Origin: a virus
Lineage: Duplodnaviria > Heunggongvirae > Uroviricota > Caudoviricetes
IMG/VR virus record: IMGVR_UViG_3300047393_000041
Span: 1-64,000 of that record
Strand: one strand, 5' to 3'
DNA: 64,000 nucleotides
Position 1 is the first letter of the stretch, and every line of letters starts with the position of its first letter. Positions 55,190-63,992 of the stretch are shown one piece after another. Both the position numbers and the translations under genes were made by a program. The notes beneath the pieces were generated by a model that was not told where the DNA came from, made no database searches, and worked only from the letters and a program-made list of their open reading frames with translations.

Positions 55190-55370
55190 TTTATCATTAC
55201 AGGATATATGTAAAAAATGTGGGGGATATAAATTTGCTCCTTACAATTCTAATACATCAGCTACAGTTAAACTTTGTCATTGTCCAAAAATGACAAAAAA
55301 GGAATTAGATGATTTAGCATTATATATCAATAAATGTTTTCATAAAGATAAACCTAAAGATGAAGTGTAA
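55179..55370 (+). CDS. hypothetical Cys-containing protein
   Basis: 63 aa. CKKCGG...CHCP. Confidence 0.35.
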   Translation: MQSSLSLQDICKKCGGYKFAPYNSNTSATVKLCHCPKMTKKELDDLALYINKCFHKDKPKDEV

Positions 55371-55755
55371 AACATGTGGAAAGAATTGTGATGGAGAATA
55401 TTGCTTTCAACATAAACCTAGAAAACCTTTAGCTCAATGTAGGTTAAAGCCAACATTAACCCCTAAAAAGGGGGTTAGTGATGGTTATATCATACAAAGA
55501 GAGATGTTTTTAGAAATATGGAAGAAGAAGCCTCATAGATCAGAAGTGAGTAACACATATCTAGGTAGTGAACCTATGAGTACATACTTCCATCACATAC
55601 TACCTAAAGAAAAATACCCTGAAGCTTGTCTAGATGAAGAAAATATCATACTTTTGACCCTAGAGGAGCATTCTAATGTTGAAAATGACATGTATAGATA
55701 TGATGAAATTAATAAAAGACGCAATAGTCTCAATGAGAAGTATGATTTACTTTGA
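55360..55755 (+). CDS. putative HNH-like endonuclease
   Basis: CKTCGKNCDGEYC zinc knuckle plus HHILPKEKYPEACLDEENIILLTLEEH (H-N-H arrangement). Confidence 0.4.
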   Translation: MKCKTCGKNCDGEYCFQHKPRKPLAQCRLKPTLTPKKGVSDGYIIQREMFLEIWKKKPHRSEVSNTYLGSEPMSTYFHHILPKEKYPEACLDEENIILLTLEEHSNVENDMYRYDEINKRRNSLNEKYDLL

Positions 55756-55845
55756 TACACTTAACTCTATTATAGAACAACATATCAAAGACAACAAGAA
55801 AGATGTAATCACTTACGGATCTAAAACAACAATGAAATATAATAA

Positions 55846-56502
55846 GTGGAAAAAATGAAAGAACCTAATCGAGTTAGAAAATCAGAAATTAAATATGCTG
55901 TAGTCTTAAACGAAGAGCAGAAGCTTGCTAAAGAACTAATTATTAATAATCAAATAGTAATTGTTACTGGTAGAGCTGGAAGTGGTAAGTCATTAGTGTG
56001 TGCACAATCAGCTTTGGACTTCTTAATGAAGAAACAATGTGCTCACGTGTATGTTACTAGAGCCACAGTTGAGGTGGGAGAATCATTAGGGTTTTTACCA
56101 GGAAGTCTTGAAGATAAATTTAATCCTTATTTGGAAGCATTTCAAGAGAACTTAGAAAAATGTTATGATAAACTCAAAATTCAAGACCTGGTTAAGGACA
56201 AGAAAATACTTGCTTATCCTATTCAGTTTATACGTGGTAAAACTATTGATGATGTGTTGGTGGTGGAAGAAGCGCAAAACCTGTCAAAAGGGGAAATGCT
56301 CGCTATACTAACTAGACTTGGTAAAACAGGTAAGATAATCATCAATGGAGATAATGAACAAAAGGATATTAAAGAATCCTATACTGGTCTATCTTATGCT
56401 ATTGAATTATCTAAGAAGATTGAAGGAATAGAATGGATTAAACTTAAAGCTAATCACAGAAGTGATTTAGTTGGTAAAATATTAGATCTCGAGTACAATT
56501 AA
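55846..56502 (+). CDS. phoH: PhoH-like ATPase
   Basis: Walker A IVTGRAGSGKS. VLVVEEAQNLSKGEMLAILTRLGKTGKIIINGD matches PhoH DEAQN...LTRiG...GD. Confidence 0.75.
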   Translation: MEKMKEPNRVRKSEIKYAVVLNEEQKLAKELIINNQIVIVTGRAGSGKSLVCAQSALDFLMKKQCAHVYVTRATVEVGESLGFLPGSLEDKFNPYLEAFQENLEKCYDKLKIQDLVKDKKILAYPIQFIRGKTIDDVLVVEEAQNLSKGEMLAILTRLGKTGKIIINGDNEQKDIKESYTGLSYAIELSKKIEGIEWIKLKANHRSDLVGKILDLEYN

Positions 56503-56518
56503 AAATTAAATATAAATT

Positions 56519-56824
56519 ATGAAAAACCAATTTTTTTACACAATTACACAACAAGTAGGGAGTGATGAAGCTCCTGAAGAAAAATCAATCATGGCCTCTT
56601 TAAATGTAGACATGGTAATTAGAAGCGTAGAGATACCTTCTGGAGAGTTAATGATTATTCTTAATGATTTCCATCAAGAAATGATTACGCTACCAGATAC
56701 TATCAATATCAAGACTAATAGAGTTATTCAAGGTAAGAAAGAGATGGCAGTAGTGCAATCAGAAATTACATTGAGTGCAAAAGACAAAACAAGATTTTAC
56801 AACCAAACTAACATAGAAATATAA
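56519..56824 (+). CDS. hypothetical protein
   Basis: 101-aa ORF. Confidence 0.4.
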   Translation: MKNQFFYTITQQVGSDEAPEEKSIMASLNVDMVIRSVEIPSGELMIILNDFHQEMITLPDTINIKTNRVIQGKKEMAVVQSEITLSAKDKTRFYNQTNIEI

Positions 56825-57108
56825 TGGCAAAATTATTAGGAAACCGTATCTATTTAGAGATACCAAAGAAAGAAGAAAGCAAACTTATTGTAGATGATAA
56901 TACAAAAGAAGCTTTAGAGAAAGAAATGATTAAGAAAATGTCTAAATTAGTTGTACACAGTGTAGGAACAGCTAATATGGAAGTTAAACCAGGAGATGTA
57001 GTTCTTATAGATCCAGCAGCATTATCAAAAGCTCCATTAATCCCTTTGTCAGATGATGAAACAGTATTACTAGTTTCTCCATTTGACATTATCATGATAT
57101 GGGATTAG
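56824..57108 (+). CDS. GroES-like co-chaperonin (Hsp10 / T4 gp31 analogue)
   Basis: LLGNRIYLEI...SKLVVHSVG...VKPGDVVLI...DETVLLVSPFDIIMIWD aligns with GroES PLHDRVIVK...GEVLAVG...VKVGDIVIF...EEVLIMSESDILAIVE. Confidence 0.6.
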   Translation: MAKLLGNRIYLEIPKKEESKLIVDDNTKEALEKEMIKKMSKLVVHSVGTANMEVKPGDVVLIDPAALSKAPLIPLSDDETVLLVSPFDIIMIWD

Positions 57109-58112
57109 ATAAAACATCAAATAATATATTTTTCTACTGGGATGGTCATATTCATCCTAGTAGATTAGATATATTAAAGGATTGCATTTATTCTACAAGA
57201 GTAATGAATCCATCTCGTCCAATATATTTAGTAACAAATAGTTTAACGTCTGACATATTTGATTCTAAGTTTAATATTCAAATATATAATTGGGATATTT
57301 CAATATTGTTAGATACACCTTTCCCAAAAGATAAATTAAAGTATTACATAAACCCTGATTCTACTATAATTTGTAATCCTAGAGAATTGTCTGATTTAAT
57401 GAGAATTTGTTTATTATTTAAATTCGGAGGATCATATATTGATACAGATGATCTTGCAATTAAACCAATATGTGATACATTAAATCTTATCTGCAGATCT
57501 TATGATCCACATACTTGTCATTATAACGATATTACTCCTGAAGAATGTATACCTGGTGTACATAGAGAAATAAAAGGATATGATGACATTAACTTCTTTC
57601 CTAGAAATGATTGTTGGTTAAACTTTGAACCTAATAGTCCATTTATTTATAGTATATTATCAAATGAAAAATTAAAAACATCAGAAGGTGCTATTTATAT
57701 TGGAGATAACTTTTCATGGCAATCTTTAACATTAGATGCATGTATAGAACATATAAGTAAAATTGGTAATTTATATAATGTAGGACTAACTCTTTTATAT
57801 CTATATGAAGATTTTGTAGCTGCATCATCATATTGGGATAGATGTGACTATGGTGGAGAAATGTGTGATTTATGGAAAGAAATGGAAGGAGTTGAAACTA
57901 CTGAATGGGGATTTTATAGATGTAATAAATCAACAGCTATTGAATATTTTGAAAAAGTTAAATCAACATATCCATTTTTATCTCATTTATGGTTACATGA
58001 TAAAGACATGAATAAAGATTGGTTATTGCCAGAATTAACAGAAGAACACTATCAAGTATCTACTTGGATATATAATGAAATAAAAAACGAAATAAAAAAA
58101 TATAAAAAATGA
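57099..58112 (+). CDS. glycosyltransferase, GT32-like (DXD sugar-binding region)
   Basis: SDLMRICLLFKFGGSYIDTDDLAI matches the GT32/Gly_transf_sug consensus (R/K-x-D-hhRhxhL...GGhYhDxD). Confidence 0.55.
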   Translation: MGLDKTSNNIFFYWDGHIHPSRLDILKDCIYSTRVMNPSRPIYLVTNSLTSDIFDSKFNIQIYNWDISILLDTPFPKDKLKYYINPDSTIICNPRELSDLMRICLLFKFGGSYIDTDDLAIKPICDTLNLICRSYDPHTCHYNDITPEECIPGVHREIKGYDDINFFPRNDCWLNFEPNSPFIYSILSNEKLKTSEGAIYIGDNFSWQSLTLDACIEHISKIGNLYNVGLTLLYLYEDFVAASSYWDRCDYGGEMCDLWKEMEGVETTEWGFYRCNKSTAIEYFEKVKSTYPFLSHLWLHDKDMNKDWLLPELTEEHYQVSTWIYNEIKNEIKKYKK

Positions 58113-58786
58113 TTTCAGTTTTAACACTTACATACAAAAGACATCATTTGCTTGAAGAAGCAATTCAATCATTTATATCACAAGAACTCACACCAGAATG
58201 TGAAATGGTTATAATTAATGATAATCCAGATGTAAAATATATCTATAATCACCCTAGAGTAAGGATTATCAATTGTGAAACTAGATTTCCTTCTATATCA
58301 GCTAAACTTGAATGGGGATATAAACAATGTAATTATCCATACATATATAGATTAGATGATGATGATTTACTTGCTCCATGGGCACTAAAAAATGCACAGA
58401 TTGACATAGAGATTAATCCTGGTTATGAAATCTACAGAAGTGAAGGAATGTATTTCTTTGTTAATAATATATGTGAGGGAGAAAATTCTAATATTAACAA
58501 TGGTAATATATATACTAAAGCTTATTTAGATAGAATAATATTTCCAAAAACTAGTTTTGGAGAAGATTCAGATATTACATTTTCTAATGATGCATCTATA
58601 TATGAATCAAAGTTAAAACATACAATGATATATAGATGGGGAATGGATACATTCCATGTTTCAGGTTTAGGAAATACTGAGAATCAAGTTATATTAGATC
58701 ATGCAGATAGAGTGTTAGATGATACAAAAGGAAATATTATTCTTCATCCACATTTTAATAATGATTATTATAGTCAATTGAAATAA
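58109..58786 (+). CDS. glycosyltransferase family 2-like (GT-A fold)
   Basis: N-terminus MISVLTLTYKRHHLLEEAIQSFISQ...MVIINDNP resembles GT2 IIPTYNR...AI.S...Q. DxD-like YRLDDDDLLAP. Confidence 0.5.
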   Translation: MISVLTLTYKRHHLLEEAIQSFISQELTPECEMVIINDNPDVKYIYNHPRVRIINCETRFPSISAKLEWGYKQCNYPYIYRLDDDDLLAPWALKNAQIDIEINPGYEIYRSEGMYFFVNNICEGENSNINNGNIYTKAYLDRIIFPKTSFGEDSDITFSNDASIYESKLKHTMIYRWGMDTFHVSGLGNTENQVILDHADRVLDDTKGNIILHPHFNNDYYSQLK

Positions 58787-58879
58787 ATGTTATATATTTG
58801 TAAAGCAAAAGCTCTCCGACAAAAAAATTATTATTTTTCTTTCTTATTTTTTTTTTAATTGTTTTAATTGTTTTAAATA

Positions 58880-58914
58880 GAAAAGCCCCTCTAGAAATAG
58901 AAGGGCTTTTTTTA
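58880..58914. terminator. bidirectional rho-independent terminator at convergent block junction
   Basis: AAAA-AGCCCCTCT-agaaat-AGAAGGGCT-TTTTTTT. A-tract 5' and T-tract 3' allow termination from both strands. Confidence 0.55.
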
Positions 58915-59072
58915 TTTGGATAATCTCTTTTGTTTGAGAGGTTGCATAGGAGCTTTTCTTATAGCTTTATCATCCATAGACTTAGTCTTTGAAAAAGGTT
59001 TATCCTTCTTAGGAATACCAACCTTTGGAGCCATTCTCGGAGCTCCTGATTTCTTAGCTTTACCAGAAGTCA

Positions 59073-59474
59073 TTATTTACAACCAGTTTTACATTTAGTC
59101 ATCTTAGCTCCTGATTTAGCTTTTTTCTTCATTGATTTATTAGCTGCTTTTCCTGTAGCTTCTCTACTTTCTAGAAATTCTTTATTGTATTTTCTACGTT
59201 CGTCAGTATAAGCTTTTTCTCTATCAAATGTTTTCTTAAGTTTAGCAGCACCAGTGCTACCTAATCTTTCTTGACCCATAACATCACCTTTACCACTTAA
59301 CATTCTTACAGATTTAGTAGAACCTCCACCAATTGTATCTAATCTTTTTTCATAAGGTCCTGTTTTCATAGGAGATGTTTTTGTTTCATATCCTTTAGGA
59401 TTACCTTTAATAGATGTACCAACTTGTGCTTTTTTTACAACTTTTTTTGTTGTAGGTTTTTTAATTGTTGCCAT
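59073..59474 (-). CDS. small lysine-rich basic protein (K-rich family, paralog of 60150 ORF)
   Basis: 133 aa. MATIKKPTTKKVVKK..., ~25% Lys, C-terminus KMTKCKTGCK. Confidence 0.5.
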   Translation of the reverse strand: MATIKKPTTKKVVKKAQVGTSIKGNPKGYETKTSPMKTGPYEKRLDTIGGGSTKSVRMLSGKGDVMGQERLGSTGAAKLKKTFDREKAYTDERRKYNKEFLESREATGKAANKSMKKKAKSGAKMTKCKTGCK

Positions 59475-59492
59475 AATATTATTTTTAATTAA

Positions 59493-59771
59493 TTAACAAT
59501 TCCACTTACGTAGACTTTTATTGATTCTTGAATTAGGATCTTTTGCTGTTTTAGCACTTGTATTTTTCTTCTTCATTCCTGACATTCTACTACAGAAAGA
59601 TTTTCTTCTATTAGCATCTTTACTTCCAGGTTTAATTTTAGAAGGTTTAGTAGTAACAGCCATTTTTAATTTGCTTCCAGGATTAGCTTTCTTATAAGAA
59701 GCTACACCTTTTTTGTTTAATCCTCCAGAAGGATTTTTTCCTTCTTTACGAGTCCATGCTGCTGTTGCCAT
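59493..59771 (-). CDS. small lysine-rich basic protein
   Basis: 92 aa. K/R/S/N-rich, C-terminal C at last residue. Confidence 0.45.
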   Translation of the reverse strand: MATAAWTRKEGKNPSGGLNKKGVASYKKANPGSKLKMAVTTKPSKIKPGSKDANRRKSFCSRMSGMKKKNTSAKTAKDPNSRINKSLRKWNC

Positions 59772-59986
59772 TATTTCTTAGATTTAATTTTCTTTTCTTG
59801 TTTCAACATATCTGCTGTAGGTTTCTTACCAGATCCTTTATTAGCTCTTATGTTATCCCATAAACCACGTTTTGATGTAGAACCATCAGCACGTTTAATC
59901 ATACCACCAGATTTTAAAGTGCTTCCTTTAAATGGGCCTTTCTTCTTAATAAGAGGACCATCTGGAACTTTAGTCATCTTAGCCAT
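59771..59986 (-). CDS. small lysine-rich basic protein
   Basis: 71 aa, ~25% Lys. ATG shares nucleotide with upstream stop. Confidence 0.45.
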   Translation of the reverse strand: MAKMTKVPDGPLIKKKGPFKGSTLKSGGMIKRADGSTSKRGLWDNIRANKGSGKKPTADMLKQEKKIKSKK

Positions 59987-60150
59987 TATTTCTTCTTATT
60001 AGATTTAGCAATCTTTTTAAAAGTTTTAGCTAAAGTTTTAGCTTTTCCTGTACAACCAGGTTTAGTGATTGGTGTACATTTACCAGCAGTACCACGTTTT
60101 TTGATAGAAGCTGCAGCTTTCTGCATCCATTTCTTATCAGTGGTTGCCAT
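59986..60150 (-). CDS. small lysine-rich basic protein (54 aa; unlisted)
   Basis: Hand-translated from minus strand: MATTDKKWMQKAAASIKKRGTAGKCTPITKPGCTGKAKTLAKTFKKIAKSNKKK. Confidence 0.35.
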   Translation of the reverse strand: MATTDKKWMQKAAASIKKRGTAGKCTPITKPGCTGKAKTLAKTFKKIAKSNKKK

Positions 60151-60533
60151 TATTTCTTGGACATTTTAGTTCCACATTTAGCCATCTTTGTAGCACCAAG
60201 TTGTTTATCTTTGGTAAGAGAAGCTTTTCCTTTAGCACCAGCTAAAGTTTTCTTTTGCACCTTTGTGAATGCTCCTTTAGGATCTACAGGACCAACTCTT
60301 TTGTTGGAGGCTTTAAGTCCAGTTAGACTACCACCATTTTTCATTTTCTTTTTACCTTTTAGTAAATCTGTGTCCCATTGTTTCATTTTAGCTCTTAGAT
60401 CTTCTCTTCCTGCATTTTTTACTACATTTTTTATAGTAGAAGTTTCAATCTTAGGAAGTACTTTTTTTTCAGCTACAGTCTTTACTCCTTTTTTAATTAA
60501 GCTACCAAGTTGAGCTTTTTTAATTGTTGCCAT
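60150..60533 (-). CDS. small lysine-rich basic protein (K-rich family)
   Basis: 127 aa. MATIKKAQLGSLIKKGVK..., C-terminus KMAKCGTKMSKK. Confidence 0.5.
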   Translation of the reverse strand: MATIKKAQLGSLIKKGVKTVAEKKVLPKIETSTIKNVVKNAGREDLRAKMKQWDTDLLKGKKKMKNGGSLTGLKASNKRVGPVDPKGAFTKVQKKTLAGAKGKASLTKDKQLGATKMAKCGTKMSKK

Positions 60534-60651
60534 TGTGTTATGTTTTTAAATTAATTAGTAATAGACTCCCTCCATTATAATTAATACAGGATAAACCTGG
60601 TGCTTTTGTTCTGAAAGATTGCTGTTATTCGTCACCCAACAGCATGTTTGA

Positions 60652-60882
60652 TTACTCTACTACAGCATCCACTGCTTCAACAACCACATCAGCTTCAACA
60701 CCAGCTTTTAATAATTTTTCAATTACATCATTAGCTTGAATCATTAATTGGAAGCGTGCTGCTTCTTCTGATGATAGATAAGCTCTAACTGTGTTAAGAA
60801 TTAAACCGAAATCTTGTCCTGACATTGTGAATGTGTCTTCAGGTGTCCATGTGTACTTTAGTTTAGGATCGTAAGTTGCCAT
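60652..60882 (-). CDS. hypothetical protein
   Basis: 76-aa ORF. Downstream inverted repeat at 60611-60640. Confidence 0.4.
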   Translation of the reverse strand: MATYDPKLKYTWTPEDTFTMSGQDFGLILNTVRAYLSSEEAARFQLMIQANDVIEKLLKAGVEADVVVEAVDAVVE

Positions 60883-60936
60883 AATTTAAAATATTTAATT
60901 GATTTTATCTACAAATATAAATAATCTTTATGACAC

Positions 60937-61218
60937 TTACAAGTTTATTTCAAATGATATAACACTTGATGTTTTAATACTCTTACTCATATCAAGTTTG
61001 ATATGAAACAAATTACAAAACTTTAATATCTCTTCTATAAGCATATTGTTATACTTAGGAAGACTTGCTGCTATTCTGAATTTATAATTATCTATGTTCT
61101 TTGTTATTTCTAAGCTACATAGTTCATCAACTGAAGAAATTATACCCTCTAAGTGAGCAAGAAATGTTTCATCATTATCTTGCATCACTTTTGGGAAATG
61201 TTTTCTATTTACTTCCAT
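60937..61218 (-). CDS. hypothetical protein
   Basis: 93-aa ORF. Confidence 0.4.
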   Translation of the reverse strand: MEVNRKHFPKVMQDNDETFLAHLEGIISSVDELCSLEITKNIDNYKFRIAASLPKYNNMLIEEILKFCNLFHIKLDMSKSIKTSSVISFEINL

Positions 61219-61632
61219 TTATGAAAGAGTTAATAGATATTTTGTTTTAGCTGCTTCTCCAGATAAACTATCTGCAAGATTACATACATCATGAAAAGAA
61301 TTCTTTTCACCATATGCTTTTAAAGTTGAAGCAAAGCTCATGAGTTCAGAAACAACAGAAGAAGCATTAGCTGCTCCAAGAGGCTCTATTTTATAAGCTC
61401 CAGGTCTTTTACCTGTATATCCCATAATCTTTTCAACTATACCATCTTTGAAATCATGTACATAATCATATAATCCGCCAAGAGCTTGATGCTCTGCATA
61501 TGAACTAGTTTGCCAATGTAACAAATGTAATTGTTCATGGAAATATGTTAGCTTTCCTGCAATAGTCTCTAATGTAAGACTAGAGCCTTTATCTCCCATC
61601 ATTTCATCTGGGAATAGTGATTTTAGTGCCAT
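61219..61632 (-). CDS. hypothetical protein
   Basis: 137-aa ORF. Confidence 0.4.
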   Translation of the reverse strand: MALKSLFPDEMMGDKGSSLTLETIAGKLTYFHEQLHLLHWQTSSYAEHQALGGLYDYVHDFKDGIVEKIMGYTGKRPGAYKIEPLGAANASSVVSELMSFASTLKAYGEKNSFHDVCNLADSLSGEAAKTKYLLTLS

Positions 61633-61656
61633 TATAATTTATTTAGTTTATTAATA

Positions 61657-62079
61657 TTACATTCCTATGAAAACCCAATTAGATGTAAAATCTACACCAC
61701 ATATGTTTCTTACACGAATATCACTTGTTTCTTCCCATGTTGTATATGGAACAGCTAATACTGATACATTAGATTTAGCTACAGTGATAGATGCAAGAAC
61801 GACGTTAGTGGAACTCATCAATTGAAATTCAATTGACATTGAAGGACCATTAGCAATAGTAATAGATGTAACACCATCTACGGTGGTAACATCATCTATG
61901 ACATAATCATTTTCATATACAGGAACTCCGCAATTAGGATCACAGCATTCTTTTGAATTAATTTCTCTCCAATTTCCAACTTGTGGTTTAATTCTTTGAA
62001 CAATTAAACTACTTGGTACAATACGTCCTGAACCATCAAAACGTACAAAAGCTTTTAGCTTGTTATTATTATTTTTCAT
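61657..62079 (-). CDS. hypothetical protein, tandem paralog 2 (possible virion/fibre component)
   Basis: 140 aa. N-terminus LKAFVRFDGSGRIVPSSLIVQRIKPQVGNWREINSKECCDPNC paralogous to 62082 ORF. Confidence 0.45.
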   Translation of the reverse strand: MKNNNNKLKAFVRFDGSGRIVPSSLIVQRIKPQVGNWREINSKECCDPNCGVPVYENDYVIDDVTTVDGVTSITIANGPSMSIEFQLMSSTNVVLASITVAKSNVSVLAVPYTTWEETSDIRVRNICGVDFTSNWVFIGM

Positions 62080-62081
62080 AA

Positions 62082-62534
62082 TTAATCTGCTTGAACTGTA
62101 AATTGTAATACTCCACTACTACATAAATCATATACTGTAGATGCGTAAACTGATAATTGAATAAATCCACCTCCTGCATTTGAATACACTCCAAAAGCAC
62201 TAGTTCCTGAAGTTTCATTAAGAACTTCTACAAGTGAATCTATAGTTGTAAATGGTCCAACATTAGTTGAATACTGATAAGCTACTTGCACTTCATCACA
62301 ATACATAGTTACAGAAGGCATACCTACGCTAAATGGTTCCTCTCCTGCATTGTATAATAATAATCTAGGTGGTAATGTTGTAGTGGTGGTAGGATTACAG
62401 CATTCGTATGATGAAATCTCACGCCATTTACCAACTTTTGGTTTATTTTTTCTAAGAATTAAACTTCCTGAAACAATTCTTCCGCTACCATCGTAGCGAA
62501 CAAAGGCCTTAAGGTCTCTCTTATTTGTACTCAT
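62082..62534 (-). CDS. hypothetical protein, tandem paralog 1
   Basis: 150 aa. LKAFVRYDGSGRIVSGSLILRKNKPKVGKWREISSYECCNPTTTTT. Confidence 0.45.
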   Translation of the reverse strand: MSTNKRDLKAFVRYDGSGRIVSGSLILRKNKPKVGKWREISSYECCNPTTTTTLPPRLLLYNAGEEPFSVGMPSVTMYCDEVQVAYQYSTNVGPFTTIDSLVEVLNETSGTSAFGVYSNAGGGFIQLSVYASTVYDLCSSGVLQFTVQAD

Positions 62535-62556
62535 AATAATTGTTTTTATTTATTTA

Positions 62557-63573
62557 TTAATAATCTAATTTATATTTTTGTTTTATTTGATTGAGTTTTT
62601 CTGCATAGAACCATGTGCAGTATTTTTTTGATTCTTCATCATTAAGTATAACATCTAAGTTAGGATCTTTTGTTGGATCTGAACCCATGTGGTATTTTCC
62701 TTTATAGAAAGCTAAATAACCATTCTCTGTTTCAGAAACTATTCCTGCATTATGAAAGATTGTATGAGATTCTAATTTAGATATAGGATCTGTAGCCCAA
62801 GCAAAGTTTAATTCAGAGACCACTTTTGTTTCTTGTTCTCTAAACCATATGTTCCATAAAACTGCCCACATATCTGCGCACCAACTTTGATATCCTGTAT
62901 CCTCATCTTTGAAGAATTCTCTATTCACTTGTTGTAAATATGTTCTAATGATAATACAATCATTCATCACTTTACTCCAGAACTCATCATCTACATTTTT
63001 TAATAGATATTGTGCTCCTCCTGAATGTAAATTATTAGCTTCAGCTATTTCTCTGCTTATTCCTATTACACTAGTTAGTTCTCCAAGAATATCTCTATTC
63101 TTGTATTCTTCTAACTTTTCTGGTAACACTTGACTAAGTTTACTATCAAAATAACCAGCATTGATATAACTATTTGTATCTGATAAATAGTTAACATCAT
63201 CTTCTAAGAACTTATCTATATTAAAATCTTTCATGAATAGAATATCACTATCACAATAGAAGATTGCTTTTTCTTTTAGTTCTGGAAAAGCTTTAAAATG
63301 TTTCCAAAGAACGTAAGGTCTAAGAACAGGAATATATATCCCTAACAATTGATTTAAATTATCTTTATCATCGTAATAATGAAACTCTGCTTCTGGATAT
63401 AGATCTTCTATCTGTTTCCATTTAACTCTATTCTCTCTTCCTTTAGGAGTGAATATTACTGATATTGCTTTATCAGAATGTCCTATTTCTTTTAGGCTTT
63501 CTAACCAAAGGTTTACTTGCCATGTGTAATAAATATCACTAGGACAAGCCTGGATAAATTTTAAATCTTTCAT
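62557..63573 (-). CDS. putative glycosyltransferase (DxD-containing; weak)
   Basis: 338 aa. AIFYCDSDILFMKDFNI has a hydrophobic-DxD arrangement typical of GT-A enzymes. No further proof. Confidence 0.35.
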   Translation of the reverse strand: MKDLKFIQACPSDIYYTWQVNLWLESLKEIGHSDKAISVIFTPKGRENRVKWKQIEDLYPEAEFHYYDDKDNLNQLLGIYIPVLRPYVLWKHFKAFPELKEKAIFYCDSDILFMKDFNIDKFLEDDVNYLSDTNSYINAGYFDSKLSQVLPEKLEEYKNRDILGELTSVIGISREIAEANNLHSGGAQYLLKNVDDEFWSKVMNDCIIIRTYLQQVNREFFKDEDTGYQSWCADMWAVLWNIWFREQETKVVSELNFAWATDPISKLESHTIFHNAGIVSETENGYLAFYKGKYHMGSDPTKDPNLDVILNDEESKKYCTWFYAEKLNQIKQKYKLDY

Positions 63574-63608
63574 AATGTAGTTGGTTTATTATTATTGTAA
63601 ATATTTTA

Positions 63609-63992
63609 TTAAGGGCAAACTTCACATGGACCTATAGCAGTTAATGTATAACTTCCATTAAAGGTAAACAATCTTACTTGATCTGAATTACTGTCTCTTA
63701 TATAGTAGTTACCTGGTCCTGGTATTGTATAACTAAACTCAGCACTAGACATATATGAAGAATCGCATAACGTTGATCCATTCACAACACCTGTACCTGC
63801 ATAATTAGTATATCCACATGCTTCACTTTGAGTAGATCCAAAAAAAAGACTTGCTGTGATTGGTAAAAGTGTTGTTGTACTAGTAGTTGTGGGTAAAATC
63901 ATAGTCTTAGCTAATTGTTGCAATTGCTTAGATATTTGCCAAAGTAAGTTACTTTCTGCACTCTGACCTATTTGTTTTGAAGGAATCCCCAT
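63609..63992 (-). CDS. hypothetical protein (Thr/Ser-rich N-terminal region)
   Basis: 127-aa ORF. Confidence 0.4.
   Translation of the reverse strand: MGIPSKQIGQSAESNLLWQISKQLQQLAKTMILPTTTSTTTLLPITASLFFGSTQSEACGYTNYAGTGVVNGSTLCDSSYMSSAEFSYTIPGPGNYYIRDSNSDQVRLFTFNGSYTLTAIGPCEVCP

Noticed and set aside
55676-55858. 60-aa plus-strand ORF overlapping the HNH-like gene and the PhoH start
   Set aside because: Overlaps the 3' 80 nt of a better ORF in another frame. Likely spurious.
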